A stretch of DNA of 64,000 bases from NCBI GenBank assembly GCA_035622175.1, contig DASPVV010000005.1, positions 18,509 to 82,508 on the forward strand, in the 5' to 3' direction. Below, piece by piece: positions 16,737 through 25,023 of the stretch; position 1 is the stretch's first letter; every line of letters begins with the position of its first letter. Made by a program: the position numbers and the translations under genes. This stretch comes from Terriglobales bacterium. Lineage in GTDB: Bacteria > Acidobacteriota > Terriglobia > Terriglobales > Acidobacteriaceae. Under the pieces are notes generated by a model. The model worked only from the letters and a program-made list of their open reading frames with translations, did not search any database and had not been told where the DNA came from.

Positions 16737-19223
16737 CTAGTCACGATCGTTTTCATAGCACGTCTCGACCGGCGGGGTTATTCTGCACTCCTTTCGCCTC
16801 CACATGATGATGCACCCCAGCCACCCTAGTTCCCCTACAATCGCCGCACCCGAGATTATCCAGCCGAGCCGGATGCTAGCCGGCGCATATTGGAATACTA
16901 CCCGGTGTTCTCCTGCCGGTACGACCACTCCACGTATCGCGTGATTCACTACAAGAATTGGTGTCACCTGCGCGTCGACATTCGCGCGCCAGCCTTGGTA
17001 CCACGAATCCGCTAGCACCACCATCCCAGCCGTATCCATCCGCGCGTCGAGCACCACACGCTCCGGTGATTCCCCTACTATCCTGGCCGTCCCGCGGCAC
17101 TCGCCGGGCAACTGCACAGGTTCCGTCACATAGGAGATCCGCGCTGCATCGAAGGTCGCTTGTCGCAGCTGATCCATCAACTCCTGCTCGTCCTTCGCCA
17201 TTTGGATTGTCTGCGGGACGAAGGCTCGCGGCAATGCGTGCTCGTTCTCCGCTACCACGTATCCATCGTGGCGGATGATCGTCCTCGCGCGGTTCAAGGC
17301 ATCGCCAGTCCAAATTAGGTAGCGCACATTCAACATGTCCAACACCGGTGAAACCCGCAGCCCACCGTCATGGGTCAAGGCGCCCCACGGAATGAACCAT
17401 TGTGTGCGGGCATAAACAGGGGAAGATGTCCTCGGTGCGCGTGCGAACTCCAGCACATCGAGCAGTCGCTTGGGATCCACCGCATCATAGCCACGAATAT
17501 CTGGCAATCCCACCATCAAGTTCAAATCTGGCGGCAGACACGAGATGCATAAAGTTCGACCCGGTGGGCGCTGCTTCAACTCCGCGAACGCTGGCAGGGG
17601 CGGGTAATACAGTGCCGGATCGCATTGGGGATTCACGTTGTAGGCGTATATCAGCAACTCCGCTATCATCAAGCTGCCCGCGGCTGCACTCATCCAGCCG
17701 CGACTTGGTGGTCCCCAGCTCAGCACCGCCCAAGCCGCCACGGCCGTTGCCCCGAAAGCTGCTCCGACGCCATAGTAGAAACGGAAGTAACTCTCGACCA
17801 TCGCGACGGCTTGGCGGGCGGGAATTCCCCAAAGGGTTGCATTCGCCGGCGCCTGGTACGCCTTTTGAGCAAAATTCACTAGGGCTGGAGGCATGTGGCC
17901 CATGCGGTATAGACACCAGGCGCAAACCCCAGCCGCTAGCAGCGCCGGGATCACAAACCATGGTCGCCGCCCCACCCTTCCCTGCATCAGTACATCGAGG
18001 CCGGTCACAGCCAGCACGGTCAGCGCAAACCCGGTCAGCAGCATCCACCGGTTCCAGGAAAACATGTTGAGGACTGGCAGCCGCATCAGGTGTACCAAGC
18101 CAGGAATGTCCAGAACCCATCCGAGGGACAGCACCAGCAATCCCAACCACCAGAAGCTCCGCGGCCTCAGCTCGGGGTTCGAGAAGGCCAGCGGTGCGAC
18201 CAGTAATGTGGCCAGCAGGCCCGCATAGCCCGCCGCCGAACTCTCCAGTTGGTTGCCCTCAACAATCCTCACCGATCCCTTTTTCGTCGCGCCATATACG
18301 TTGGGTAACACGATTTGGGGCAGCGCCTTAATTCCTACGGGCGGCCGCTCTTCCTCACCCCCTGCACGCCGAGCAAAGCGTTCCCCCGTGCGCCAGTACT
18401 CGACGAGTGGCACCACGTACGCCGTAGCGATCAAGAGCCCTAATCCCCAGCCCAAAGCCAATCTGGCCACCGCCGTGAATGCGGGCCGACTCCACGTCCG
18501 CCATCCGTGGACTTCGACCAGGCATGCCACGGCGTACAGCCCCGAGGTCAGCAACACCAGTCCCGCCACATCGAGTTGGCCAGTCAACACTGTCAGTGCC
18601 GTAAAGGTCGTCAGTAGGACTGCGCCATACCTTTTTGGCTCGCGGATCGCCAGGTTCACCGCCAGCAAGACCCACGGCAGCCAGGCGACCACCTGGGTTA
18701 GTCCATACCCCTGCCATTGCACGAAGAAACCCGTTAGTGGATAACACCATGCCCCAACCGCCGAGGCCCAGAAACCAGCACCTAGCGCGCGCCTGAAAAA
18801 CAGGTATGCACCCATGCCTGCTATCACGGACTTCATCAAGTGGAGGTATGCCAGGGTGATCGGTGATGGCCAGCAGCAGAAGATTAGAAAAAACGGCGAA
18901 TACTTCGGGAATGAGGCAAAGGGAACTCCTGCGAAATTTTGTGGATTCCACAATGGTATGCGTCCAGCACGCACCTGCTTCGCCGCATACTCCGCGCTCG
19001 GTGTACCTAATAGCACCTCGTCGGACAAAATGAAGTTATCAGGAAATTGCGCTGCGACATTCGCTGGCATCGGGAGATAGACCCCTTGCGCAAAAATGTC
19101 CAGGGGCAACAGAACCTTGCGCCCCGCTAGCGAGGGGGCATAAAGCAACGTCTGGGGCAACACCAACCCCAAGAGCAGCAGCAGGATACGCGGCCAGCGG
19201 GCAGCCTGGTCTTGAGTGCCCAT
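16737..19223 (-). CDS. YfhO-like polytopic membrane protein (GT-C type glycosyltransferase candidate)
   Basis: 828 aa, with more than 12 TM segments and a C-terminal soluble domain plus a final TM. N-terminal region: LLYAPSLAGRKVLLPLDI...GRIPLWNPQNFAGVPFASFPKYSPFF, resembling YfhO. ATG 19223 is preceded by GGAGAAAGGAA. Confidence 0.7.
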   Translation of the reverse strand: MGTQDQAARWPRILLLLLGLVLPQTLLYAPSLAGRKVLLPLDIFAQGVYLPMPANVAAQFPDNFILSDEVLLGTPSAEYAAKQVRAGRIPLWNPQNFAGVPFASFPKYSPFFLIFCCWPSPITLAYLHLMKSVIAGMGAYLFFRRALGAGFWASAVGAWCYPLTGFFVQWQGYGLTQVVAWLPWVLLAVNLAIREPKRYGAVLLTTFTALTVLTGQLDVAGLVLLTSGLYAVACLVEVHGWRTWSRPAFTAVARLALGWGLGLLIATAYVVPLVEYWRTGERFARRAGGEEERPPVGIKALPQIVLPNVYGATKKGSVRIVEGNQLESSAAGYAGLLATLLVAPLAFSNPELRPRSFWWLGLLVLSLGWVLDIPGLVHLMRLPVLNMFSWNRWMLLTGFALTVLAVTGLDVLMQGRVGRRPWFVIPALLAAGVCAWCLYRMGHMPPALVNFAQKAYQAPANATLWGIPARQAVAMVESYFRFYYGVGAAFGATAVAAWAVLSWGPPSRGWMSAAAGSLMIAELLIYAYNVNPQCDPALYYPPLPAFAELKQRPPGRTLCISCLPPDLNLMVGLPDIRGYDAVDPKRLLDVLEFARAPRTSSPVYARTQWFIPWGALTHDGGLRVSPVLDMLNVRYLIWTGDALNRARTIIRHDGYVVAENEHALPRAFVPQTIQMAKDEQELMDQLRQATFDAARISYVTEPVQLPGECRGTARIVGESPERVVLDARMDTAGMVVLADSWYQGWRANVDAQVTPILVVNHAIRGVVVPAGEHRVVFQYAPASIRLGWIISGAAIVGELGWLGCIIMWRRKECRITPPVETCYENDRD

Positions 19224-19403
19224 TTCCTTTCTCCTAGGCTGTTCGAGCTGCTCGACAATGGTCACTTCGCGGTGCATAGAAACCGATGCCCATCAAAGCC
19301 CAGTCCCGCTTTCTGGGATACGCTGGCGATTCGTGATCGAGGACTTGGCGAAGTGAAATTCTACCCCGATGTCCCGTGGCCCCCAAAAAACCAAAGTCAT
19401 GGT

Positions 19404-19559
19404 TTACGAATTCAAAACGCCAAAAATAAGACCCTCCGGCGAGATCGCAACTTGTAAGTTGACCAATTCGATTCCAGAGTGGCGGAGGCTGCCCAGACAC
19501 ATTCCATGCGTTTCGTCGATGAACAAATACTTGCCCAATTTGGCAAAACATTGCTCCAT
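19404..19559 (-). pseudogene. 51-aa ORF fragment with a Walker-B / DExH-like motif; probable remnant of a decayed gene
   Basis: My own translation: MEQCFAKLGKYLFIDETHGMCLGSLRHSGIELVNLQVAISPEGLIFGVLNS. Neighbouring frames carry other protein-like pieces broken by stops. The locally A/T-richer sequence differs from the surrounding DNA. Confidence 0.25.
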
Positions 19560-20030
19560 TGAATCGGGCGGTCAAAAATTTCAACACCGTAGATCCGTGC
19601 TTTGCGCTTGCGAACGACGGTAACTCATGGTTCGAGCGGGGATCTTCGGGGACCTTGGTCAGCGCATGATGATAGGAAATCGTAGGGTGAGGGGCGCGCC
19701 CGTCCTCTCCTCCCGAAGGCGCAACGCGGGTTTCTGTCAAAATCCTGGGCGGAGATGAACCGGCCATTCTCCAAAGGCTCCAGCGCTAGGCGAATCGCTC
19801 ATCCGGTTTCAACGGTTTGCCGAATACACACGATAGTTTCCGCTTCGGCGATCATGCCGAACGGGGGATGGCGCGTACAGAAACCCGACCACCCCGAGCG
19901 TAGAGAAAAAGCCCAGCGCTGAATATCAGTACGTTTTGCTCCGCAAACGGCTAACCGCCCGGCCAGTCGCAGCCAAGCAATTCTGGCGAGCTGCGCTCTT
20001 TGCATCTCCGACAGGCCGTTTCATCAGTCA

Positions 20031-20070
20031 TCGGAAAGAACAAAGGAGCAACGGATTGCTCCGTTGCTCC
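20031..20070 (-). terminator. Intrinsic terminator of the pilin gene
   Basis: Perfect 11-bp stem GGAGCAACGGA / TCCGTTGCTCC (20045-20055 / 20060-20070) with loop TTGC. On the minus strand it is followed by TTTGTTCTTTCC, 36 nt after the pilin stop. Confidence 0.75.
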
Positions 20071-20106
20071 CGGCTTGTACCCTCCCCCAGGTACTTCGCC
20101 AAACAG

Positions 20107-20625
20107 TTATTGCAGAGCGGTCAACGCTGCGCAATTCGAATCAGTGGTGACTGAGGCGGCGGGGCCTGGGCTACTGTAGCGGATTACGCCGTCCGGATCC
20201 GAGCAAAAGCCGCGCATACCGCTCGTATTTTGCGCAGCCGCATTACCGACGACAACGTAGTCGAGGCTGGGCGTTCCGGAACCTGCCGTGAACGCGAAAT
20301 AGTAGCCACTCTTGGGCGCAGTATTCGCGGTTGCACTCGACAGCACCCAGTCAATCAGACAAGCGTTAGTCACGCTAGGTGTGCCGCAGCCGGTTGAGGC
20401 CGATGGGCCCAAGGCACCTAACGATCCAGCAAAGCCCACCGTCGGGTAGGTGGACGAGAAAGTCACCTGAGCTGTATTGATGGTACGAATGGATTGAACC
20501 GCGGACGACTCGTTGGCCGCAATACGCGCCCGCAGCAGGTTTGGAATAGCGATGGCGGCGATGATTAGAATGATCGCCACCACAATCAGCAACTCAATCA
20601 ATGAAAAACCCTTCTGTTTCCGCAT
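20107..20625 (-). CDS. Type IV pilin (prepilin-type N-terminal cleavage/methylation domain)
   Basis: MRKQKG/FSLIELLIVVAIILIIAAIAIPNLLRARIAANESSAVQSIRTINTAQ is a class III signal. Two Cys pairs (GCGTPSVTNAC; FCSDPDG...SNCAAL). Start set at ATG 20625; the track ORF is 13 codons longer. Confidence 0.92.
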   Translation of the reverse strand: MRKQKGFSLIELLIVVAIILIIAAIAIPNLLRARIAANESSAVQSIRTINTAQVTFSSTYPTVGFAGSLGALGPSASTGCGTPSVTNACLIDWVLSSATANTAPKSGYYFAFTAGSGTPSLDYVVVGNAAAQNTSGMRGFCSDPDGVIRYSSPGPAASVTTDSNCAALTALQ

Positions 20626-20688
20626 CTTGTTTTCCCTTCTCTCTTTTTTATCAAGTTTGGTCATATCGACCCGGTTGCCGATTATGGT

Positions 20689-20704
20689 GGCACTTCAGTG
20701 GCCA
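20689..20704 (-). promoter_or_regulatory. Candidate sigma-54 (-24/-12) promoter for the pilin gene
   Basis: The minus strand reads TGGCCACTGAAGTGCC. The GG-N10-GC spacing matches TGGCAC-N5-TTGC. It lies about 64 nt upstream of the pilin ATG. Confidence 0.3.
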
Positions 20705-20831
20705 GAGCCGGATGTCATGAGTTCGCGGCCAAACCATCTTTGTTTTCACGATGTTGCCACACACCTGTAACGGTGAGCCTATTCGCATGCCGGTCGCGAG
20801 CCTGGCCTGCTGGCAAATTCTGGCTCGCCTG

Positions 20832-20848
20832 CTGACAATTCTTGTCAG
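20832..20848. promoter_or_regulatory. Perfect palindrome in the pilin/GT-C divergent intergenic region
   Basis: CTGACAA-TTC-TTGTCAG. Possibly a regulator or enhancer-binding-protein site; there is no other support. Confidence 0.2.
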
Positions 20849-20974
20849 TTTCTCCCCGGTCTGCGACCAAGCCTGGAAACGGGCGCCCTGCACGGAGTTC
20901 CGATCGGCCGATTACTTCCGTCATTTCTTTCCCTCACCGATCGCTAGCTATGATCACTTCGGAGACACGAACCG

Positions 20975-22846
20975 TTGACATCCGAAGAGACATTTCTCCG
21001 AGAACCGGGGTCTGCGGCTCTGTCGTTCGGCTTCACCCTGGAGAATCCTGCCACGGTCCTAGGCTTGGTCCTGCTGCTGGTCTCGCTGGTGCTCTACAAC
21101 CCTGCGGCACACCATCCCTTCACCAATTATGATGACGATTACTACGTTACCGACAACCCAGAGGTGCGCCAGGGCCTCAATTGGAGTGCGATCAAGTGGG
21201 CCTTTACCGCCACCGCAGCGGCGAATTGGCACCCGCTTACCTGGCTGTCGCACGAGCTAGACTGGCAGCTTTTCCATGAGAATCCTGCCGGACACCACTA
21301 CGTGAACATACTGCTACATGCGATCAACGTATGGCTTTTGTACCTGCTGCTGCTGCAGGCGACCGGCTTGGTTTGGCGGAGTTGGATGGTCGCGGCGCTA
21401 TTTGCCGTACACCCCATCAACGTTGAGTCGGTAGCATGGATCGCGGAACGTAAAAACTTGCTTAGCATGTTTTTCTTCTTGGTAGGCTTGATGGCGTACC
21501 GCTGGTACACGCAGAAACCAAACTTAGCACGCTACGGCTTCGTTTCCATCTCCTTCGCACTAGGATTGATGGCTAAGCCCCAGGTGATCACATTTCCTTT
21601 TGTATTGTTACTTTGGGATTATTGGCCACTTCAGCGCATGCGATTGGGCCATTCGGAAGCTTCGGGTGCTCCGCCGCCAGGGTTGATCTTCGCGCAACTC
21701 GTACGAGAGAAGATACCTCTATTTGTGCTTTCTGCCGCCAGCGCAGTGATCACGCTAAAAGCCCAGGTCGCGGGTGGTGCAGTACCAACGATGCGGCAGG
21801 TCCCAATAGCCGTGCGGTTCGCGAATGCGGCCGTTTCCTACGCGCGCTACCTGGAAAAAGCATTCTGGCCATTGCGCCTGGGGCTGATGTACCCCTATCG
21901 GTGGTTTTGGAGACCCCTCTGGCCGCTTGTGCTTTCCTTGCTCGTGCTCGGGCTGACTTCGGCATTGGTCGTCGCCGCCCATCGCCGTTATTTGCTCGTA
22001 GGGTGGTTGTGGTTTCTCGGGACCTTGGTGCCGATGATTGGTCTGGTGCAGGTCGGTGGTCAGGCGATGGCGGACCGCTACGCCTATCTTCCATTCGTCG
22101 GCCTATTCCTGATGGTCTGTTGGGGAGTCGGTGAACTCGCCGAGCGGCATCAGTGGCCAGCCGTCGTACCTGGCGTTGCAGCCTTAATGGCGCTCACGGC
22201 ATTGGCTGTAACCGCTAGCCACCAGCTGCGCTACTGGAGCGACAATATAACCTTGTGGTCTCACACCATCGAGGTGACCGGGGTGAACTTCCAGGCGCAG
22301 GAACATCTAGGCACGGCCTTAGCGGAGGATGGTCGCATAGAGGAAGCTGGCCGGCATTTTCAGATTGGCGTGGCGATCGATACCAAGGATCCGGTGGGGT
22401 ACTTCAACCTGGGGGCCTATGACCAGGTTGAGGGAAACATTCAGAAGGCAATCGAGGTTTACGGCACTGCCTTGCGGCTAAGCCCTGATCCAAAGCTGAA
22501 AGGCCGCACGCTGAGAAACCTTGCCATGGCGTATCACCAAGTTGCGAACGACGCCCAAGCCGAGACCACCTACAAAGCTGCGGTTCTTGCTGATCCAAGC
22601 AATTTTCGGACTTGGCTCGGGATGGGACTGGTCGAGCAAAGGCTGGGCAAATTCACCGACGCGTCGAATGCATTCCGACGGTCCACACTACTCCAGCCAT
22701 CGGCGGTGGTTTACTTGCTACTCGAGAAATCACTCGCGCGCAGCGGACGTAACCTAGAAGCAGTGGCAGCCCGCGACAAAGCACAGCAACTCTCCCCAGA
22801 TCTCGGATCCCAGCAGCAGATTGCGGATAGTCTTCTCACGCAGTAG
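20975..22846 (+). CDS. PMT/TMTC-like GT-C membrane protein with C-terminal TPR repeats
   Basis: 623 aa. Acidic loop HHPFTNYDDDYYVTDNPEV. About 9 TM segments. MADRYAYLPFVGLFL motif. C-terminal TPR repeats (AQEHLGTALAEDGRIEEAGRHFQIGVAID..., NLAMAYHQVANDAQAETTYKAAVLADP...). TTG start. Confidence 0.8.
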   Translation: MTSEETFLREPGSAALSFGFTLENPATVLGLVLLLVSLVLYNPAAHHPFTNYDDDYYVTDNPEVRQGLNWSAIKWAFTATAAANWHPLTWLSHELDWQLFHENPAGHHYVNILLHAINVWLLYLLLLQATGLVWRSWMVAALFAVHPINVESVAWIAERKNLLSMFFFLVGLMAYRWYTQKPNLARYGFVSISFALGLMAKPQVITFPFVLLLWDYWPLQRMRLGHSEASGAPPPGLIFAQLVREKIPLFVLSAASAVITLKAQVAGGAVPTMRQVPIAVRFANAAVSYARYLEKAFWPLRLGLMYPYRWFWRPLWPLVLSLLVLGLTSALVVAAHRRYLLVGWLWFLGTLVPMIGLVQVGGQAMADRYAYLPFVGLFLMVCWGVGELAERHQWPAVVPGVAALMALTALAVTASHQLRYWSDNITLWSHTIEVTGVNFQAQEHLGTALAEDGRIEEAGRHFQIGVAIDTKDPVGYFNLGAYDQVEGNIQKAIEVYGTALRLSPDPKLKGRTLRNLAMAYHQVANDAQAETTYKAAVLADPSNFRTWLGMGLVEQRLGKFTDASNAFRRSTLLQPSAVVYLLLEKSLARSGRNLEAVAARDKAQQLSPDLGSQQQIADSLLTQ

Positions 22847-23240
22847 CCAAAATAAATGCGGGCTTGCGGTAGGATGCGCGTACGGTGCGCCGGGGAGTGA
22901 CCAGATTTAGCGGAGGGCAGTTAGGCGTCGACCAGACGAGGCGAAGTGTCCATTGGAATGATCGTTTTCTAGAGTGCGCTCGGCCGGCCGTACGAAGCCG
23001 TTTTGTACAAGCTCCGCGTTCATTCAGAGTAACGAGGGTAAGTCCTTCCTACCCCCGAGGCGCTTGCCGACCGATGTGGCGTGGCTTGCAACTCTATTCA
23101 AGCGCGACCTTCTCGGCAACTTTGGTGCGGATCTCGTCCGGTCCTGCAGGGAAGAGGCTTCGACGTGGTGCGAAAGCAGACATCTTTTTCGATCCCTTTT
23201 CTCAGCCGGCCAGGCTTATGGCTGTCGCCTGTGTTTCGGC

Positions 23241-24773
23241 TCAGGTTCCTCCCCCCCTCGTAATTGGGCCAGCGACGAATCTGGGCAGAGGTCCGGCCTG
23301 TAAGGGCCGAAGGCAGAGGTCGATTTCTAACGGCCCGCATTGAAATATCTGCCACAGCGGCAAGTCTTCCTCCTTCACGTCATAAATGCCTAGCATCATG
23401 CGATTGGTCGCTTCAGACCTCGCGGCCACAATCCGGTTGTCCGTGCGGGCGTGCAAGCGGAATTGACCGGAGGCGGGTTCGTAGTTATCAAAGACAAAAC
23501 AATGTCCTATGCAAGCGCGGTCAACCACATGATGAACAAAGACCCGCGAATTGCGGAAGGGAAAGATCGTGGCAATCACGCGCCCGCCCTGGGGAATCTG
23601 GCGCACCAGCCTATCGGCTTGCAGTTCCATGGAATAAATCCTGGCGGTGTCGCGATAGAGAAAGGTGAAATAAACCAGGGCGAGCGACCCAGTCAGAACT
23701 GCCAAAAGAATCCTCGGACGCAGGCTCGCCAAAGCACAACAGCCCAGAACACCGACGGCCAGGGTGAAGCGGGAACTGATAAAGGACACTGGTTCCCCGT
23801 ACCCCGGTATCCAGATGGCGTCTGGCAGGATAGCAACTCCCAGGAGAGCGACCACGAACAACTGGAGCCAGAGTGGAAAGTAATTGGCTGGTCTCTGAAC
23901 GCGGATTCGGATCATATGAAGCAAGATGCACGCTGCCAGAGCCAAAAGGACGCATAGGGAAAGCAGTTTATAGCGAACTCCCAGCGAAAACTGATCGCTG
24001 CCATTGAGTTGGTAGAAATGTCTGCTGGCCCACGACACGCGGTACTGAGACGCAAGATGAAGCCGGATCAGGAATAGAACTGCGACGGCGGTTAGGCTCA
24101 GAACCCAGTGCAAGGAGGATTTCAGCGCCTTGGCCGTCCGCAGATACACGGCAGTCGCGGCAAACCAAGCCATCCCGAGCGGGTGTGCCAGCCCAATCAG
24201 CCCTGCAATCACCGCGGGGTAGAGATATTCTGCTCCACAAGCGCGCCAGAGGATGGCGAGCCCGATACAAGACAGGCCCAAGGAGAGATAGAAATTAAAG
24301 AAGCCCATCTGGAACGTCCAGCCGTAGGCGAGCATCGTGAGCAGGGGCAGTAGAAACCATGCAGGACATCCGGCTGCCGCGGAAACCAGCGAAAACGAGC
24401 CCCATAAAAAAACCAGCACCGCCAGGCAGACTGCAATCTTTTCGCCGATGGAGAATCCCAAAATGGATCCCAGCCGGAGTAGGAGGATGTCAAAGAGAAT
24501 GTTGTTGTTTTGAGTGCCGACCCACAGCCCTGGTGCCTCTCCCTTGTACGCTAGACTCGTCAGCCAGGCATTGTAGCTGTGGCTGGCAAGGTCGCCGGCT
24601 TCGATGCGCGCGTGCCAGAAGCAAGGGATCAGTGCAATCGCAGAAGCGAAGACGAGCTGCAGGGTGTGCCTTCTCGCTAACCGGGAACGCTGGCATCCCG
24701 TGAGAGGAGAATCTGGCCCTGGACGGGTGTTGCTCTCGTCGATTGCGGACGGAAACGAATTATCGGTTTTCAT
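23241..24773 (-). CDS. Hypothetical polytopic membrane protein (about 11 TM) with a C-terminal soluble domain
   Basis: 510 aa with many hydrophobic segments. The C-terminal roughly 130 aa (RLVRQIPQGGRVIATIFPF...CIGHCFVFDNYEP...) is non-membrane. No family recognised. Confidence 0.65.
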   Translation of the reverse strand: MKTDNSFPSAIDESNTRPGPDSPLTGCQRSRLARRHTLQLVFASAIALIPCFWHARIEAGDLASHSYNAWLTSLAYKGEAPGLWVGTQNNNILFDILLLRLGSILGFSIGEKIAVCLAVLVFLWGSFSLVSAAAGCPAWFLLPLLTMLAYGWTFQMGFFNFYLSLGLSCIGLAILWRACGAEYLYPAVIAGLIGLAHPLGMAWFAATAVYLRTAKALKSSLHWVLSLTAVAVLFLIRLHLASQYRVSWASRHFYQLNGSDQFSLGVRYKLLSLCVLLALAACILLHMIRIRVQRPANYFPLWLQLFVVALLGVAILPDAIWIPGYGEPVSFISSRFTLAVGVLGCCALASLRPRILLAVLTGSLALVYFTFLYRDTARIYSMELQADRLVRQIPQGGRVIATIFPFRNSRVFVHHVVDRACIGHCFVFDNYEPASGQFRLHARTDNRIVAARSEATNRMMLGIYDVKEEDLPLWQIFQCGPLEIDLCLRPLQAGPLPRFVAGPITRGGGT

Positions 24774-25023
24774 CTGCTGTCATGGCTTCTGACTGCCAAA
24801 CCACCCTCGGGCAGTTCGGCTATCAACCTATCCTTGATCAGGCAGCCCTATTACGGCCGACGCTGGTCACGCTTCTCAACCGTATCGCTGTGGACGGTTG
24901 CGTCAGGAAAGGCCTAGCTCCCTCACGCCGCCAGCCTATCCTGCCAACGCGGTTCAAAGGCTTTCTTCGCGGACACAAACATCTCTCCTGAACGCCCGTC
25001 GCAAACGCCACGAGACGCTTTCG

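Noticed and set aside
22847-23240. Several short ORFs (22885..23343, 22974..23303, 23098..23355) and a 29-aa ORF in the convergent gap after the first GT-C/TPR gene
   Set aside because: They overlap one another in different frames, have Arg/Ser/Pro-rich products and no ribosome-binding sites. No motif supports any of them.
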